Assembly (NCBI RefSeq): GCF_001194135.2
Contig: NC_068981.1
Location: 145,034,037-145,098,036 of the forward strand
Direction of reading: 5' to 3'
From: Octopus bimaculoides
Taxonomy: Eukaryota
Length of the DNA stretch: 64,000 bases
A program made the position numbers and the translations under genes. How positions within the stretch are numbered: the first letter of the stretch is position 1; every line of letters begins with the position of its first letter. This document shows, in pieces, positions 1-15,268 of the stretch. The notes under the pieces were generated by a model. It had not been told where the DNA came from, did not search any database, and worked only from the letters and a program-made list of their open reading frames with translations.

Positions 1-1216
1 CATCTCATTTGGAAGTATATTTATTACAAAGACGGTGAAAGCTGCATTTTGTGATAGTTACATATTCATTTATGCCAGAAATGGTTTTAGAATATACATT
101 AGTTGTTCAGCTTGTAACATCATTCTCTCAATATTTGGTGTTTTAAAGAGAAAGCAACAGGAAAAGCAATTCCTGATTTAAAGAAACTTGATGAGCGTTG
201 TCTAAAAACGGAAAGTTTTAAGGAAAGTGAGCTGTAAAGTGGATTACTTTCCTAATTGTAGCTAGGGAAATTTTATTCCTGTCACTAAGGGTTTTAGAGA
301 AGAAAAAAGACTTTTTATTGGATTTTCCAATTAAAATAAAATCTATTTGTAATTAAAGCGAAGATACATGTTCAATCACAAGTTTACATTCACGATAGAT
401 CGAATGACAGGAAGTGTGTGTGTGTGCGTTCCCGTTGTGCATACAATGACTCCGGATACAGCTTCGGGGGATTGTTCCCTACACTAATAGCAGAGTGTAA
501 GAAACTGCTGTATAATGTGTGACTCTTGATGTAATGCGCATACAGCAAGGCATGTAACGGTGAAGAGATACTATTCCTTGTTCAACGTTGACCATATCGT
601 TAAGTGACAACATATCTCTAAGTTCTGATATGTTCTGGGCTGTGTGAATTTTGTAGAGTACTGTTTCTGTAACAGCCTATATATATATATATATATATAT
701 ATNNNNNNNNNNNNNNNNNNNNNNNNNNNNNNNNNNNNNNNNNNNNNNNNNNNNNNNNNNNNNNNNNNNNNNNNNNNNNNNNNNNNNNNNNNNNNNNNNN
801 NNNNNNNNNNNNNNNNNNNNNNNNNNNNNNNNNNNNNNNNNNNNNNNNNNNNNNNNNNNNNNNNNNNNNNNNNNNNNNNNNNNNNNNNNNNNNNNNNNNN
901 NNNNNNNNNNNNNNNNNCTCCAAGTCTCTGTACAATGCTTTCTTTCTTTTCTCAGAAATGTAATAGGTTCGCAGTCGCATCAATATCCAGGTGAAAATGG
1001 ACGGATCAGCTACTATTTGTTCGATCAAAATTTCGCAATGTAAACAGTTTATACTCAATAGAAGGATGTGTTCATTTTATGGATATTAATGACAATATCC
1101 ATGATCATTTCATAATTTTGAACCCTCTACCCATGCAATTCTTTTCTCTGTTCTGTTTTTGATCAAGTTAAAAATCATTGATACTCTATATTACCCCATG
1201 ATTATTGATATATTAC

Positions 1217-1292
1217 TTTTTTTTTTTTTTTTTTTTTAGGTAAGTACGAAATTTGATGCTTCAGTTATTTTCTTCATACTGGTCAGGTAAGC
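1217..1292 (+). other. Candidate recursive splice site or 47-nt micro-exon
   Basis: T21 (1217-1237), then AG (1238-1239), directly followed by GTAAGT (1240-1245). A second donor, CAG|GTAAGC, lies at 1287. No transcript evidence is available. Confidence 0.35.
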
Positions 1293-3621
1293 CACTTTGG
1301 ATTGTTTGAAAAATATTAGTATTTTATTGTAACTTCATGTTTCTTATGTTTAGCTAATCACAGAAGTTACAATTTGATGGATAGATTCGTTCGCTCTTAG
1401 TTCATTGTTCTTGTTCAAATATATTCAATTGCAGTTAAAGGAAAAACATTTGGTATTTCAGATTTGTACATCACAATGAAATTTGAAACTAATGTTTTAA
1501 TGTGTGTAAGCCAGAGTAAAGTGCGTGAACATGCATATATTATGAGTGGAATTGATGATACAAAAACAAACATGTCTACACGTTCCTTCATCACATAAGT
1601 GTAATAAAAATATCTTGCCTTTCAGTTATTAAATAATCTATTAATGCCATGTGAAAATACCATGCTATTAAGCGAAATATATTGGAAAAATCCTTGCTTT
1701 ATATCTCTTCTATTTCCTCTTTATTTGCCGTCTTAATGGTTTGCAGTCCTTTACATAAAATGTATTTCTTTGTTTAAATTTGAGAGCTCGATTTCAAGGG
1801 TTATAGAAAAACAGCAGCATTTTAGATTATATTATGCCACATACAGAGAAAATGAAGCTGTACATTTGGTAACCATGACACATTTTCTTTGTATTTGTTT
1901 AGTTTACGATGGAATTAAATACTTGCCGGCTACAACAATTTTTGTAGTGATGTTTATTAATAGTTAAATTTGACAAAAACATAGTATTAAAGGAACGTTG
2001 TCGGCTCTTTAGAAAAGAAAATTGGCATTGTGAAATGTATTCTTTCATTTAATATTCAATAATTCTCCAACATAATCAATATTTTGATTTTCATGTATTT
2101 ATTTGGTATTTTTATGCCATTTCAACCTAATCTCCATTCTATCTTAAATAAATAAGAAAAACAAAAAGAGAGAAAAAGGGTTGAGAAATTGGCTTTTTAA
2201 TCCATTTCTCTTTTCCCTCACACCCTCTAGTATTATTCTCCCCTTTATCTCTCCCTCTCCTTTTTCTTATTTCTCCATTGAACACTTCTTTCTTTTTTCT
2301 TTCTCTGCTGCACGCATCTTTTCTGTTAGGCCTTTCTCTGCTGGAATGGTAAAAAATTTCCTTGATAAACATTTTGAGAAAATCTCCAAAGCAACATTTT
2401 CATAGAATATCGATGTGATATTTTATGTCACTTTTGCATATTTCAAATGTGAAAGTTCTCATCTTGGATTACTCACAGACATAAACTTTTGAATAGAACA
2501 AAAAGAAAATATTTCAGGCTTTGTTGAATACAGTAGAAAAATTTTAGACCGGATTGCTTTCGTTAATATTTGACTTTCATCCTATGCAAATCGATGAAAT
2601 ACATATCCGTGAATCAAAAACAACTTCTATTCTGTAGTTATATGTGAGAAATTAGGAACTAAACTCTGAACGTTCAACAATTGTTTTAAATATAGACTGT
2701 TAAATATATTAAGGATTCTTCGGCAATCTATCCCAAACAATGTTTTAAAGTGTTTACCTTGTTCTCAGACTAATCTAAAGCATTGTTCATTCGGACTTAG
2801 TGGCCTTGTAGCTTTCTCTCTATTGTCAGAATTACAGTTTCCGTTTCATCGATCTGCCTGAACAATGTTCATTAGGACAATTCAGCAACATCAACAGTAA
2901 TAACAATAACAGCTACAGCAACAATGGCAACAACAACAATTTCAAATTGACTAAGCCACAGATATTGAATTTACAAATAGCTTTCTGTATTATTTCTTCT
3001 TTTCCTACCACATCCTTCTTTCACATATGCTTCTAAAATTACAAAATAAGACTAGTGAAGGAAGAAATATTGAAATTTTCAATATCAGCAAATCAAAACT
3101 GACCATCATTTCAATAACTATATCAATTTCAAAAATTAGGGTAATAATCTTAATTTGGTGTTTTCTGATAACGAATCTCAGTCACTGCAGAATAATAGCT
3201 GAACATATTTCCTTTTCGTTTAATATCAGACCAAGATATAAATACAATCATTATGATGAATAAGGCAAATGGATCAATAGCATGAAACATATTGTATATC
3301 ATATTATTATTTAGGGGATAATAAAAACATGATATGCACGTCTGTGCTTGTCTGAGTTCTGGATTTTTTTAATATATATTTATGCATTGTTCATATGCAC
3401 ACACATAAATACATATACATGTAAATACATATGCATATACATATTTGAATTCTGGAAATACTTGCACCAGGCAGATATACACACTTACAATGTAACTACA
3501 CAGGTACACATATATATTGAACATCCTCTTATATTACTCTAAAGACTAATTTTTGGGTGGTATGGCATTATCTATGATCTTTGCGGTACAGATTAGCTTG
3601 TTTCATATGTCTTTTATATTT

Positions 3622-3880
3622 CATCTTTTATCTTTTGCTTGTTCCAGTCACTTAACGGCGGACATGCTGGGGCACCCCTTTGATGAATTTTAGTCGAACG
3701 GATTGACCCAGTGCTTAAGTTTTTTTTAAGTCTGGTACATACTCTTTCGGGCACTATTTGCCGAACCACTGTTATGGGGACGTAAGCACAAGAACAATGA
3801 TGGAAGACAAACACAAACACAGAGACACACACATACAAAATATTATATATATACACGACGGGCTTCATTCAGTTTTCGTC
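3622..3880 (-). mobile_element. tRNA-derived SINE, window family B (3' part)
   Basis: Reverse complement matches the SINE body seen at 47247, 58885, 62380 and 63635 (gaagcccgtcg...cttgtgcttacgtcccc...ccccagcatg...actggaacaagcaaaag). Confidence 0.8.
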
Positions 3881-3889
3881 AGTTTTGTA

Positions 3890-3939
<50 letters not shown>

Positions 3940-4006
3940 AACACTTTTTCTCTTTTATTTTCAAACCGGCAGCTGCGGTCATGCTGGAACACCACCGTTT
4001 CCTTTG

Positions 4007-5220
4007 CTACACTTTCAATGAACCTCCTCTTATATGTAACACTTGGTGAATGGGGGAGTTTGACGTAGCTGCCTTCATCCGTGTTTCTTGCCTTGAGATA
4101 GGTTCATCTTGAACTCTTGACAGGAGATCCAGTTTCGCCTTGAAAACGCCTACATCTACGCCATGCAGGTCCCTCAGGCTTTGTGGGAGGATACCGAAGA
4201 GCTGTAGTCCTTTGAATCCCAAACTGTTTCAGTGCATCTTGTCTGCTTTTCGTTGGACTTCGTCTGTTGATAGAGTAGGGCTTGGAATTTTACAGCATTA
4301 CACTGTATGTTATTTTTTTCTGCCCACCTGTATATGGTATCCAACTCCTGTTACAGATGTGCAAATTCTCCTGGGTTCTGTACCCTCTGAGAGACATTTG
4401 CATTATCTGCATAGCCAGCAAGGGTGACTATTTGAGCTGCTGAGGACATGTTTGAGAGGGCCACTATGAATCGCAGCGGCACTAAGACTGTGCCCTGTAG
4501 AATAACACTTATTATTTGTGCTTCCTTTAAGGTGGCCCCGTTGGCCACCACTACCTTACTTCTATCTCTTAGAAAGTCATGTAGCCATTCTCCAAGTTTT
4601 CCAACTACGACAAGATTACACAGTTTGTAACATATTATACCACAGTCGACTTTGTCAAAGGCTTTTGCAAAGTCGAGGTACATCCCTTCCATATTTGAGT
4701 TGTTGAGAGCTGCTTTAGCACCTAATTGTAATGCTGCAAGAGCTGAGTCAGGGAGTTTCTACCTGTCGAAAACCGTGCTGGTTATCTGTCAGCAAATCAT
4801 TCTCTTCAAGGAATGCAATTAATTTCCTTCGGACTATTTGTTCCATAACCTTGCTGATGTGTGAGGTCAGAGATTTTAAGCCTGTAGATTTTGCATCTTC
4901 TATGCTCCCTCCTTTATGAATAAATCATATTATTCACTCCTTCAGTTTATCCGAAAGCTTAATGTTTGTAAGGAAGCTCTAAAAACAATTTCAGTGGTTT
5001 TGCAAGGGTTCGTTTGCATGACTTAAGAAGGATTGCTGAGAATCTCTCGGGGCCAACAGCTGAGCTTGCGTCCAGATCATCTATTGCCAGTATTACATCC
5101 TATTCTTTGATATTGATGTACTCAAATTTTCTGCCTCGCTTTCGGCTTCTGTAGTGGCAAAGAATTCTGCAGGTTTGCTTTGTGCACCGTTTTGTAGTGG
5201 GGTTGTACTTGCAACGATTA
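4007..5220 (-). mobile_element. Decayed CR1/L2-type LINE, reverse transcriptase and 3' region
   Basis: Minus-strand peptides include SAVGPERFSAILLKSCKRTLAKPL, YLDFAKAFDKVDCG, LQGTVLVPL, AGYADNANV and GLQLFGILPQSLRD. These are RT motifs with stops and frameshifts. Confidence 0.9.
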
Positions 5221-5330
5221 CTAATCGGTGCAATTGAAACATGTGTTGGACTTAGAAGGCAGTTTATAATTATACAATTAAAGGTAATGCTACTGCTACC
5301 TCGGAGTAATCCTTATCTTTAATATTGTCA

Positions 5331-5466
<136 letters not shown>

Positions 5467-5819
5467 TAATATAAATGAGTAACAGCAGAGATACCGGTGT
5501 CAATCCATTACGGCCGTTTCTATCGATTCTTCAATTAATTAACGAAAATATTGCATCATTGTAAAGAAATTGTTTTAGTCAGATGAATTCATGAACATCA
5601 TCATAAAGGACATTCAAAATGATTTATCATAGTTTTAAATCCATGGAACAAAAGCATTTACAGTGATTCTGTTACTATTTCAGTTTATATACATTGAAAG
5701 AATATCGTTACTTATGCATTCAATTTGACATTTACATGTTGTTGTGTGTGTATATTATTCTGACCTAACAAAGTGCTTCAATTTAAGTACTTAATTCAAA
5801 TGAATCCTACTTATATATT

Positions 5820-5862
<43 letters not shown>

Positions 5863-6627
5863 GTGGGTGTGTGTGTGTGTGTGTGTGTATGTGTGTGTGT
5901 GTGTGTGTGTGTATTTCTATATATACATATATGGATCGTTGGATATTTTCGGTTTAATTTTGGATTTAGAATTCTTATAAAGTATTCTTCTTTTTCCTTT
6001 CATAGTTGGACATTTTCATCGTTTATTTTGTAAAATTGGAATATTTTAAATTTTCTATTTGCACAGATATCTAGATGTTCACTGCATGGGACATTCCTAA
6101 GGGAATGTTGAGGTTTCTAGAACACACACATGCACACACATAAATAGAGAGATAAATGCAAATATATTTACGTACATACATTTGAATTCCTAGAATGACT
6201 TAAATTTAATCACTTAAAGTTTCACATAAATGAGGAAAAGGACTCTCATTGATCGGATTGCCTTCTGAATAACGCGATTGCTTGAAACGATCTAGAAAGC
6301 AAGTAATAAACATTATATTTGTGGATGGATAATTCTTCTTATTCGTAGAACGCTGGTCATAAGATACCAATGGCTCCATGAGAATAAATTCCTAATTAAT
6401 CGATCATAATTTGAATTATCCAGGAAACTAGGCTGTTGTTCAGACTGAGTGCAGATGCGATTACAAACGAAGTTTTGAGTAGTAACCGGTGACACCAAAA
6501 AAGAAAGAGCCACTTCAGTAAACGGAGGCAATCATTCCTGAGGTTATATTATTAGTGAAGTCACTTTTTTAGTACTAACCGGTAGCACAAAGTAATAAAT
6601 TATATATTTACGAATGTGTACAATATA

Positions 6628-6628
<1 letters not shown>

Positions 6629-6706
<78 letters not shown>
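6629..6706. repeat. (AGT)n microsatellite
   Basis: Perfect trinucleotide array; another lies at about 59986-60050. Confidence 0.97.
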
Positions 6707-7077
6707 TGCTCGGGAGAAAATAACGAAATTAAGTATGAAATATTTGACCGAATTAGTGTATATAAACAAACTGAAAGACAATCTGAAACGATGCAGCATT
6801 CCCTTTTCTTCCTGGGAAAACACAGCATCAGTACGTAGGACCTAGCACCAGCCCTGCTTTTCTTCAGTTAAAAAAAAAATTGAGCAAAATCGACTCCAAC
6901 ACCGGGATCAACTTCGTTCAAGTATGCATTCATGAAAGTTGAGTCCTCAACTTGTTCCATATGCCAAAAGGTTTACAAGTCACCAGCAGGCCTCAAGAGA
7001 CATGTTCGTGTCCATAGAATATGATCAACACATAATTTTACTGGATTCTCATTTGTCATCCACGACAAGAGAATCCA

Positions 7078-7126
<49 letters not shown>

Positions 7127-7813
7127 TATGTGTGTGTGTTGTAGAAATATGTCATGCTTGAAGGATCTGCACAAAAGATGTTTGCGTAAATGTGAGCTAA
7201 GTATTAAAAAAATCTACTTATGTCTTAGAATACGATTTAGCTATTTAGAGCTAAATTTAGATAGGTTTATAGAAACTCGGCTGATCTTATGCATGTAGAT
7301 AGCCAAACTAGAGAATTAAGTAAACAAACGTATATGTGTGTCTTTGTGTGTGTCTATGGACATATGAATATACATACACACACTCACACACAAATACATC
7401 TATTTCCAAATTTTTATACACACACAGGAATATATTTATACATATGTATATATATATATATACTTGTATGTATATATACATACATACATACATACATACA
7501 TACATACATGCATACATACATTTCTATAGGAATACTATCAAATGATTTTCAGTAAACCTAATTTTAGCACTAAGTAGCTAAATCATATTCTATGGCACAA
7601 ATACACGAACTTTATTGTACTTCATTCCTTCAGTTTCTTTCTGCTATAAATTCCCATATTTTTCCAGCAAACCCTCCCCCACTCATTTATTTACATTTCC
7701 CCCGAAGCCTCTCAGCTAACTTTAAATAGTCTTTTATTTAAATGTTTCAGAGACGGCACTCATTCACACATGCACCTACGTGCACACACACACACACACA
7801 CACACACACGCAT

Positions 7814-7851
<38 letters not shown>

Positions 7852-9190
7852 TCAGACCTTTCTTTGTACCTCAACACACAAGCCACACACACATATACAC
7901 AGAAGCACAAAAATGGACATATACTCCCACACACACAGAAACATATTAGCTTACATATTTCACATACGTATTTACCATAATTGATCCTAAAGCAAGTACT
8001 ATCAAGATAACGTCTTTAGAACCAGAGAGAAAACGATCTACTCTATCTTGGCCCTTTTCTTTCCAAACCAGCCCCTTTTCTTTCTGAACCAGCCTATCAA
8101 TACCTTGTCAAAAAGCCGGCCACACAACACAAGAACACTTTCAAAGTAAAAGTAAAACTAACTACACTTTTCGTCAGAATCCCCTCACACTGGTACTTAT
8201 AAGTTACTGTCTATTTCTTATTTTATGGTGACTACTTCAAATATACAAACGATTAAATTCTTTTATTACTGTTCAATTTGTTAGTCGACCCGTTTTCAAT
8301 GGTCAATTTATTTTAGCAGTTGGCTATGTTCTGTTGAACAGCTGTTTGGGTCTAGGACTCTCTTGCAGTGTCCCTTCCATTACTACATCATTTTATAATA
8401 ATTATCCCGCCAACGATTGTAACAAATTTCTAATATGAATCGTTTGTCTACTCGATTAAATTCGTTTTTCCTCTTGAGCAAACACATTTTTATGATGATG
8501 TATTATTTTTCCTAGACGCATAGCGAATGTTTTCCAGAACATTTTCTATAGAAGTGACGAAATCTATAATTCTCTAATTTATGTTTATATTCGCTTATGT
8601 TCCAAATATGTTGCATCAAAGACGTTAAATATGCTGACGTACAAATGCATAAATTGTGCATATCTATATTTGATAGTTATGCCTATTGCCGAATATAGTT
8701 TTTATCAGTACATACCACTCGATAGCGTTATTTTTAACAATTATTTCTTTGTTAAGACAAATACTTCCTACGGTGCATATTCTCGAGATGTAACAGTTAC
8801 ATTTGTGTTTAGAGTGAGGATTATGGGTTGGTAGCTTAGTTATTCACATTCTTAATAGTATGCATTTGGTCCCATGTTGGGAAATTTTGTATAATACTTA
8901 TTGAAGAACCTGTTGCATCAGTGATCGGCTACGACATATTTACTTAATACCTTTGTCACTACATTAAACTGATGTAGCTATTTTTTCCTCTGTTGGATTT
9001 TTGGCTCGTTTGGTCAACACTAGGTATGTTAATGTTTCTTTAAACCTGTTTTCGTTTAGAGCCTCATTGAATAATCAAATATATTTTATTACATCGAACA
9101 GCACTGTTCAATAATGATGTAATTCTAGAATTCTACCCAACGATCTTTAAAATGTTTAACATAATAAAGTTTGATATTTTAGCTGCATTT

Positions 9191-9225
<35 letters not shown>

Positions 9226-10309
9226 CGATATATACAAGGATATATATGTGTGTATATAAGGATAAGAAATATGGCAACAAATTAAATAAATACTAAATTG
9301 CATTTGGCTTTACCCATTCTGTCATCTGTTATATAATGACTTCTAATATAGATTACAGACCAGAGATGCATATGGCATAATGTAGTCAATTTAATCTGCA
9401 TCATTAGATTAAATTTATAAACATTGGAAGGATGAAGAACGAAACTAATTTTCGACAAGATTTAAATTCATAATGTCAAGGGGACTTAAGTGAATCATGC
9501 AGCAAATTTTGTCCAGCACTCAACCGACTCTTCCGTCCAGCACCTTTCTGAATAGCGTAAAGAATAACATAATCGTATTAACGAATGTTATAGAATTCTG
9601 GAATTCTAACCACCAATCACGAACATATCTAGCATAAAATTGGCTTTTTAGTTCAATTTGTCATATTTTATATGAGAAAAGAAGACAGCCACGTCCCCGA
9701 GTAAATTAATTGTTTAGTAAAATTAGAAATATATTGTGTTTCACTTTTGTTACAATGTTTTAAAATTAAAGATTGGCGACGTTAATTTTCAGCTATAAAC
9801 AAAGTAATAAATTATTCGAAGCTAACCATCAGATATCAGAAATTTATAGTTTTTATTTTTTGAGAACAATATAACTTTTATGCATTCCATAGATTTAACA
9901 TTTAACGTTATTAATTTCGAAACGAGCTTTTTCTGTTACTTAATGTTGTCCATTAACTTTTCATAATGAATATCAATGAAAAACAGAAATTCCAAGGCAA
10001 AAAACATTCTTGTAAATTATAAATATTTAATTTAGTATAGAGTTCTGAAAGCAAAGTGGAAAAAATCAAATGACAGTCTGAAAATAACAATAGATTTTTG
10101 TAATTTGACACATGAATTTATTAAGACGAATGCAACGTGCGTGCGACAAATGTGAATATAGTTTATTCATAGAAATTAAACCTAACTTCAAAAGAACACT
10201 TCATTATATAATGTACATTAATTCATAACGAATAAAACATTTTCTCTTAAGTACGCACTTGTTTTTGTACCAACACACACTCAAACACAGACACAAACAC
10301 GATTATATG

Positions 10310-10438
<129 letters not shown>

Positions 10439-11501
10439 GTGCACTTATGAGCGCATGTACACAAGCACATGACTGACAAATTTATAATTCTGTTTGAAAT
10501 ATTTCTCTTATGTTTCATTAATATTGTTAATTAGCAATTAAACGTTATGGCTTTACTTTTACTCGGTGTTATTTTCCAGGTTAACCAAAAGAAGATTATA
10601 AGCAAGTACAATAATAATAGATATAAATGTTAATAATATATAAACTGAAACCAAAACTGTATGAAGAAAGTATCTTCCCTACTCTTCCATTACTGGCAAA
10701 TAACATATAATCTTAAATGGTGTTGACCAACTGCAATGGCTAAAATAAGAGAATGCTTAAGAACGAATAAACAATGCGAAAATTGGTAGGGTGGCATATT
10801 GGTTTTTCCAAAAGACAATAATTATATAAAAGAATCAGAAATATATTCAAATATGTGTCACGGACTCAAGGACTTGTCTGGTGTAATCGATCACCTTGAT
10901 TTGTAAACGTGCGGTGCTTCTGTAGTTTTTATAGAGCAATATACCATTCAGTATATCCATCTTCAAAAGCAAGTACATATGTGCATAAATGAAAGTGAAA
11001 ACTTTTAAATGAGTAATACTAAACGGTCAGGATATGTGTCCATATATCATGACCTTTGAATTGACGCTATTCCATGGCAGCGTTTGTTCGAAGATGTTAC
11101 CTTGGATCACTGTATTATAAAATGTAGTGATTTCGTCTCAAAAACCAGGGTGCGAATCGGCCGTGCTTAGAAAGGTTCAGTCGATTATATTAATTTCTAT
11201 ATTTCTATATTTCACTGAAAAGTATTATATCGATACCGGCGAAATAAAAGCTCAAAACAACTAACCATTTATAACTAAATACTACTCAAAATTTGATTTG
11301 ATTTGCAACCGATTCCGAATGAATTAAAAACAATGTCAACTTTGGTGGGTTTGGAATTTCGGACGTAAAATGACTCAATTAAAACTGTCTGACATTTTAC
11401 TCATAGCCTCACTTCGAAGGAATTTTCACTTAGGAATAGATATTTTGTGAAGGAAACAGTTGATGACGTTGAGCTCAATACTTGAGTGCTACTTTATATT
11501 T

Positions 11502-11729
11502 ATTTCTTTATTGCCCACAGGGGGCTAAACATAGAGAGGTCAAACAAGGACAGACAAATGGATTAAGTCGATCACATCAACCCCAGTGCGTAATTGGTAC
11601 TTAATTTATCGACCCCGAAAGGATGAAAGGCAAAGTCCACCTCGGCGGAATTTGAACTCAGAACGCAAAGACAGATGAAATATCGCTAAGCGTTTCGCCC
11701 GGCGTGCTAACGTTTCTGCCAGCTCGCCG
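11502..11729 (-). mobile_element. tRNA-derived SINE, window family A, tail type 1
   Basis: Reverse complement reads ggcgagctggcagaaacgttagcacgccgggcgaaa...gagttcaaattccgccgagg...cctttcatcctttcggggtcgataaattaagtacc...gggcaataaagaaat. Near-identical copies lie at 31173-31401 and 36640-36871. Confidence 0.9.
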
Positions 11730-12493
11730 CATTCAGTGCAACTTTATATTATCGACTAGAGAAAAACGTAAGTCAAAGTAGTCCACAGTGGAACTAGAAA
11801 TCAGAGCGTAACAGTACGCTGACCAGTAATATTCTTCGATTACAATTAGTTGCAATATATCCAAATGGTAGAGACGAGAACCCAAGTTTAAAATATTACA
11901 TAATTTTATAAACGTACGATTTTTTAAATATTAGGCATAATGATGGAGGCCCTATAATTAGTGTATTGAAATGCTATCTTCCATCATTATGTTTTGAACT
12001 GCTAATAATGCATAGAACATTCGTGTACATTCAGTCAGTCGTAGGAAAACTTTTCGCTGCGTAAATAGTCTAGAAAAAACTTCTCTTCATACATGTTATA
12101 TTTTACATCACCAAACATTAAGAGTTCGTCTGTGACTAAGAGATTTACAATTCACTATCAATAGAATACTAAGCAGCGGCAACATGGTTTCCGCAAAAAC
12201 TGTTGCTAATCCATTATTTCATCGCATTCATACAAATGCATAATATCCAACATGTCAGTCGTTATAATTTAGCGCGTAAAGATCCTAATCTTGCTACCAA
12301 GGAAAATATATTTTTGCCTCCCACTCTCTCCCTTCCTCCCTCCCTTCCTCTCTCTCTTCCTTTATCCCTCTCCTTTTCTCGCTCTGTCTCGCTCTCCCTC
12401 CTTCCATTTCACACTATTTTTTATTGTGGCTATGTATCAGTAAGTCTACGATGAAAGGGGAAGTCGAAATAACAGATGCGTGATGTTATCACT

Positions 12494-12496
<3 letters not shown>

Positions 12497-12585
<89 letters not shown>

Positions 12586-12674
12586 ATCTCTCTCTTTCTT
12601 TCTCTCTCTCTCTCTCTATCTCTATCTCTCTCTTTCTCTATCTCTCTTCCTTTCTCTCTCTCTCTCTCTCTCTA

Positions 12675-12745
<71 letters not shown>

Positions 12746-12760
12746 ACCTCTCTCTCTTCC
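12497..12760. repeat. (CT)n microsatellite with degenerate 3' half
   Basis: Read directly; it explains the poly-LS ORFs. Confidence 0.97.
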
Positions 12761-13382
12761 TGGTTCAATTCTTTTTCATTCCTTCTGCTATTTCATATTC
12801 CATTCTTTTGGCTTTGGCGCAATTTCATGTGATATTTCTGTATTTAATTAGTGGGATTTTCTGCTGGAATCAATATTTCTATCCCTGTTAATTTGTCTCA
12901 AAGCTAGTTAAGAAGCTATCTAAGGTTTCCCGACTGTCGTGCTACATGTATCATTGTATTCATTGGGTATTACAACTGAACAGAATAAATATTACACTTA
13001 AGGGTTTCATTTCTAATTCGAGATATCTTCACCATTGAACCTTTGCCGTTTCTTTAATTCCCAACTGTTCAATTGTATACAAGGGTAAGTACAGAAAAGA
13101 TATTCCAAACTCTACTTATTTAGGAATACCTTACACATGATATAGAAAATTAAGTATAGGCTTCGTATTTCGTTTCAAGCCGACAGATCAAAATTCTGAA
13201 ATCCAATTACAAATATATTAATTTTTTTTTTTCACATTATTCGAGACCTATTTATTTTCTTTGGTCAGTTGCAAATTACAAATAGCAACTAGAATATTGC
13301 TTTGATTAAAATATACATTGATACGTATGTGTGTATGTATGTTCGTACGTGTCTGTGTGTGAGCAGAATTTATAAATGTGTG

Positions 13383-13418
<36 letters not shown>

Positions 13419-13490
13419 ATACGTGTGTGAGTGTGCATGTGTGTAAGTTACAGTGCGTAAGATCTCTATATACGTTTACACACATACACA

Positions 13491-13527
<37 letters not shown>

Positions 13528-13639
13528 GTGTGTGTGTGTGTGTGTCTTTGTCTGTGTTTGTGTGAGAGAGAGTGCATGTGTGTGTGTATCTATACTCATT
13601 TATGCATATGAATATAGCTATACTTGCATATGATATGGA

Positions 13640-13949
13640 CACCTTCTACACGCCCACGAAATTCTAAGTCGAATGAAATTGAATGAGGCTTCATTGAAAA
13701 TTATTTTGTTCTTCTATAGAACTATAGCCAGCAGTGACCTTTTGCTACAACGTTTCGTATCAAGACGTCAGATGTAAACAAACAATGTGATCGAGTTGTC
13801 TGCAACTCATTTTCAGCCAAAAGTCTACCAATTTCAACGGATCTCACTCAAATTTGACGTCGATGTTACTTAGTTTGTTTTGAAATAAAGAACTTGATTC
13901 TCTTAATAATCCTAGCTTAATCCCGGGCAAAGCCGGGATATACTGCTAG
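13640..13949 (+). mobile_element. Non-autonomous Helitron, 3' end
   Basis: GC-rich hairpin CCCGG-gcaaag-CCGGG (13922-13937), then CTAG (13946-13949) followed by T. This is the canonical Helitron 3' terminus. The 5' boundary is uncertain. Confidence 0.6.
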
Positions 13950-15235
13950 TCAGAGATAATATGCATGTTTGATATTAAAGATATCTTACAAGAATGTCAT
14001 TAACCTTCTTCCTTTTACCTTCTTCTTTTCTATCATGTAAGTATACAATGGATAACTGAAGGGACTATGACTCAGTTTATGAACACAAGAGAATTTTATA
14101 GCCAGTAGCAGTTCAAGGCTAAAATCTAAAGAATTTAGATAGTTGGTGATGAGGCTGTTATAGGAATCTATACCTCCCTCTCCATCTCTCTCTATGATAC
14201 AGCATATTGTTGAAAACTTGTCAACAGCTCCAAATGATTTTGTTTGACTATAGTCATAAATTGAATCTGAACTTGTGTATCAACAAAAAGTAGATGGTAC
14301 AAGATTAACTTCGCCCTTCATGTAGGTTGATGTAAAAACTCTGAATGCAGCTCACGCTCTTACTTTGTTTACTATTGTCATAACTAAGATATATAAAGAG
14401 AACGAAGCTCGGATCGGAAGCAAACAATGAAAATCTACGTTGTTTATAGACCTCCTATGATGTGTCTTTGTGAATTACGTTCAATGTCTATAAAGACATT
14501 GTCATTGTCCTTAAAATTTTTTGTCTCTGTCTCTGAACGGTGCACTCAACACATAATGTTTGATTCCTTGAGCAGATTTGCAGGGTTAAACCATATGATA
14601 AAGTGAAAAACAGTTCCATTCTGTCTACTTTTATTATTAGAAGCATCGTCTCATTTAATATTAGAATCAACTGGTATGATGAGTATAATTAGATTAGATA
14701 GAAGACCATTAAATTCCCAAGTAACTCTTTTATACGCTGATTTACGAAGTAGCTCATCCGACTTCAAGACGCTCCTCCTTTATAAGGACAAGCTAAAAGA
14801 CAATCTCAACTTCCAAGAAATATATTCTAGTGAATAGGAAACCTTAGAAAATAATAGGAATTTGTTACCAGTTACTCGTTTTGCGGCAGTAAATCTGCCT
14901 ACCATCCTATAGCATGGTTGACCTAAAAAAACGCGACATGGTTTCACTCCTGTAGAATGCAATTATTTCTCTCCGGAAAACGGTTTTGTTGCACAAATTA
15001 AAGTGATGTTTTCTTTCGACACTTGTATGCATGGCAGGGGATAGAATTGTTACAATTACTCTGATAGCATTTGTATAGCATTTAGCTGTTTGAATCTGCA
15101 CACGCATAATCATTCAATCAATTAAATCTGCGGAAATTAGTTACTGAAAGTCCATTCATCATACATGAGGAATCATCTTTACATGCAGGCATGTTGTTTA
15201 GGTTACTATTTCTAATAGAATTGTTGCTTGTGATC

Positions 15236-15268
<33 letters not shown>

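Noticed and set aside
148-237. Short open frame EKATGKAIPDLKKLDERCLKTESFKESEL
   Set aside because: The acceptor is weak, no frame-compatible neighbouring exon was found, and no family is recognised.
956-1110. Cadherin-like peptides PGENGRISYYL and MDINDN on the plus strand
   Set aside because: They are in different frames separated by stops, only about 27 codons apart (too short for a cadherin repeat), and have no other cadherin motifs. Not supportable without a profile search.
14930-15070. C2H2-linker-like or cysteine-rich peptides on the minus strand (HTSVERKHHFNLCNK, HSTGVKPC, YKCYQSNCNNSIPC)
   Set aside because: They are spread over three frames with stops and lack complete Cys/His spacing. 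Possibly decayed TE or zinc-finger sequence, but unassignable by eye.
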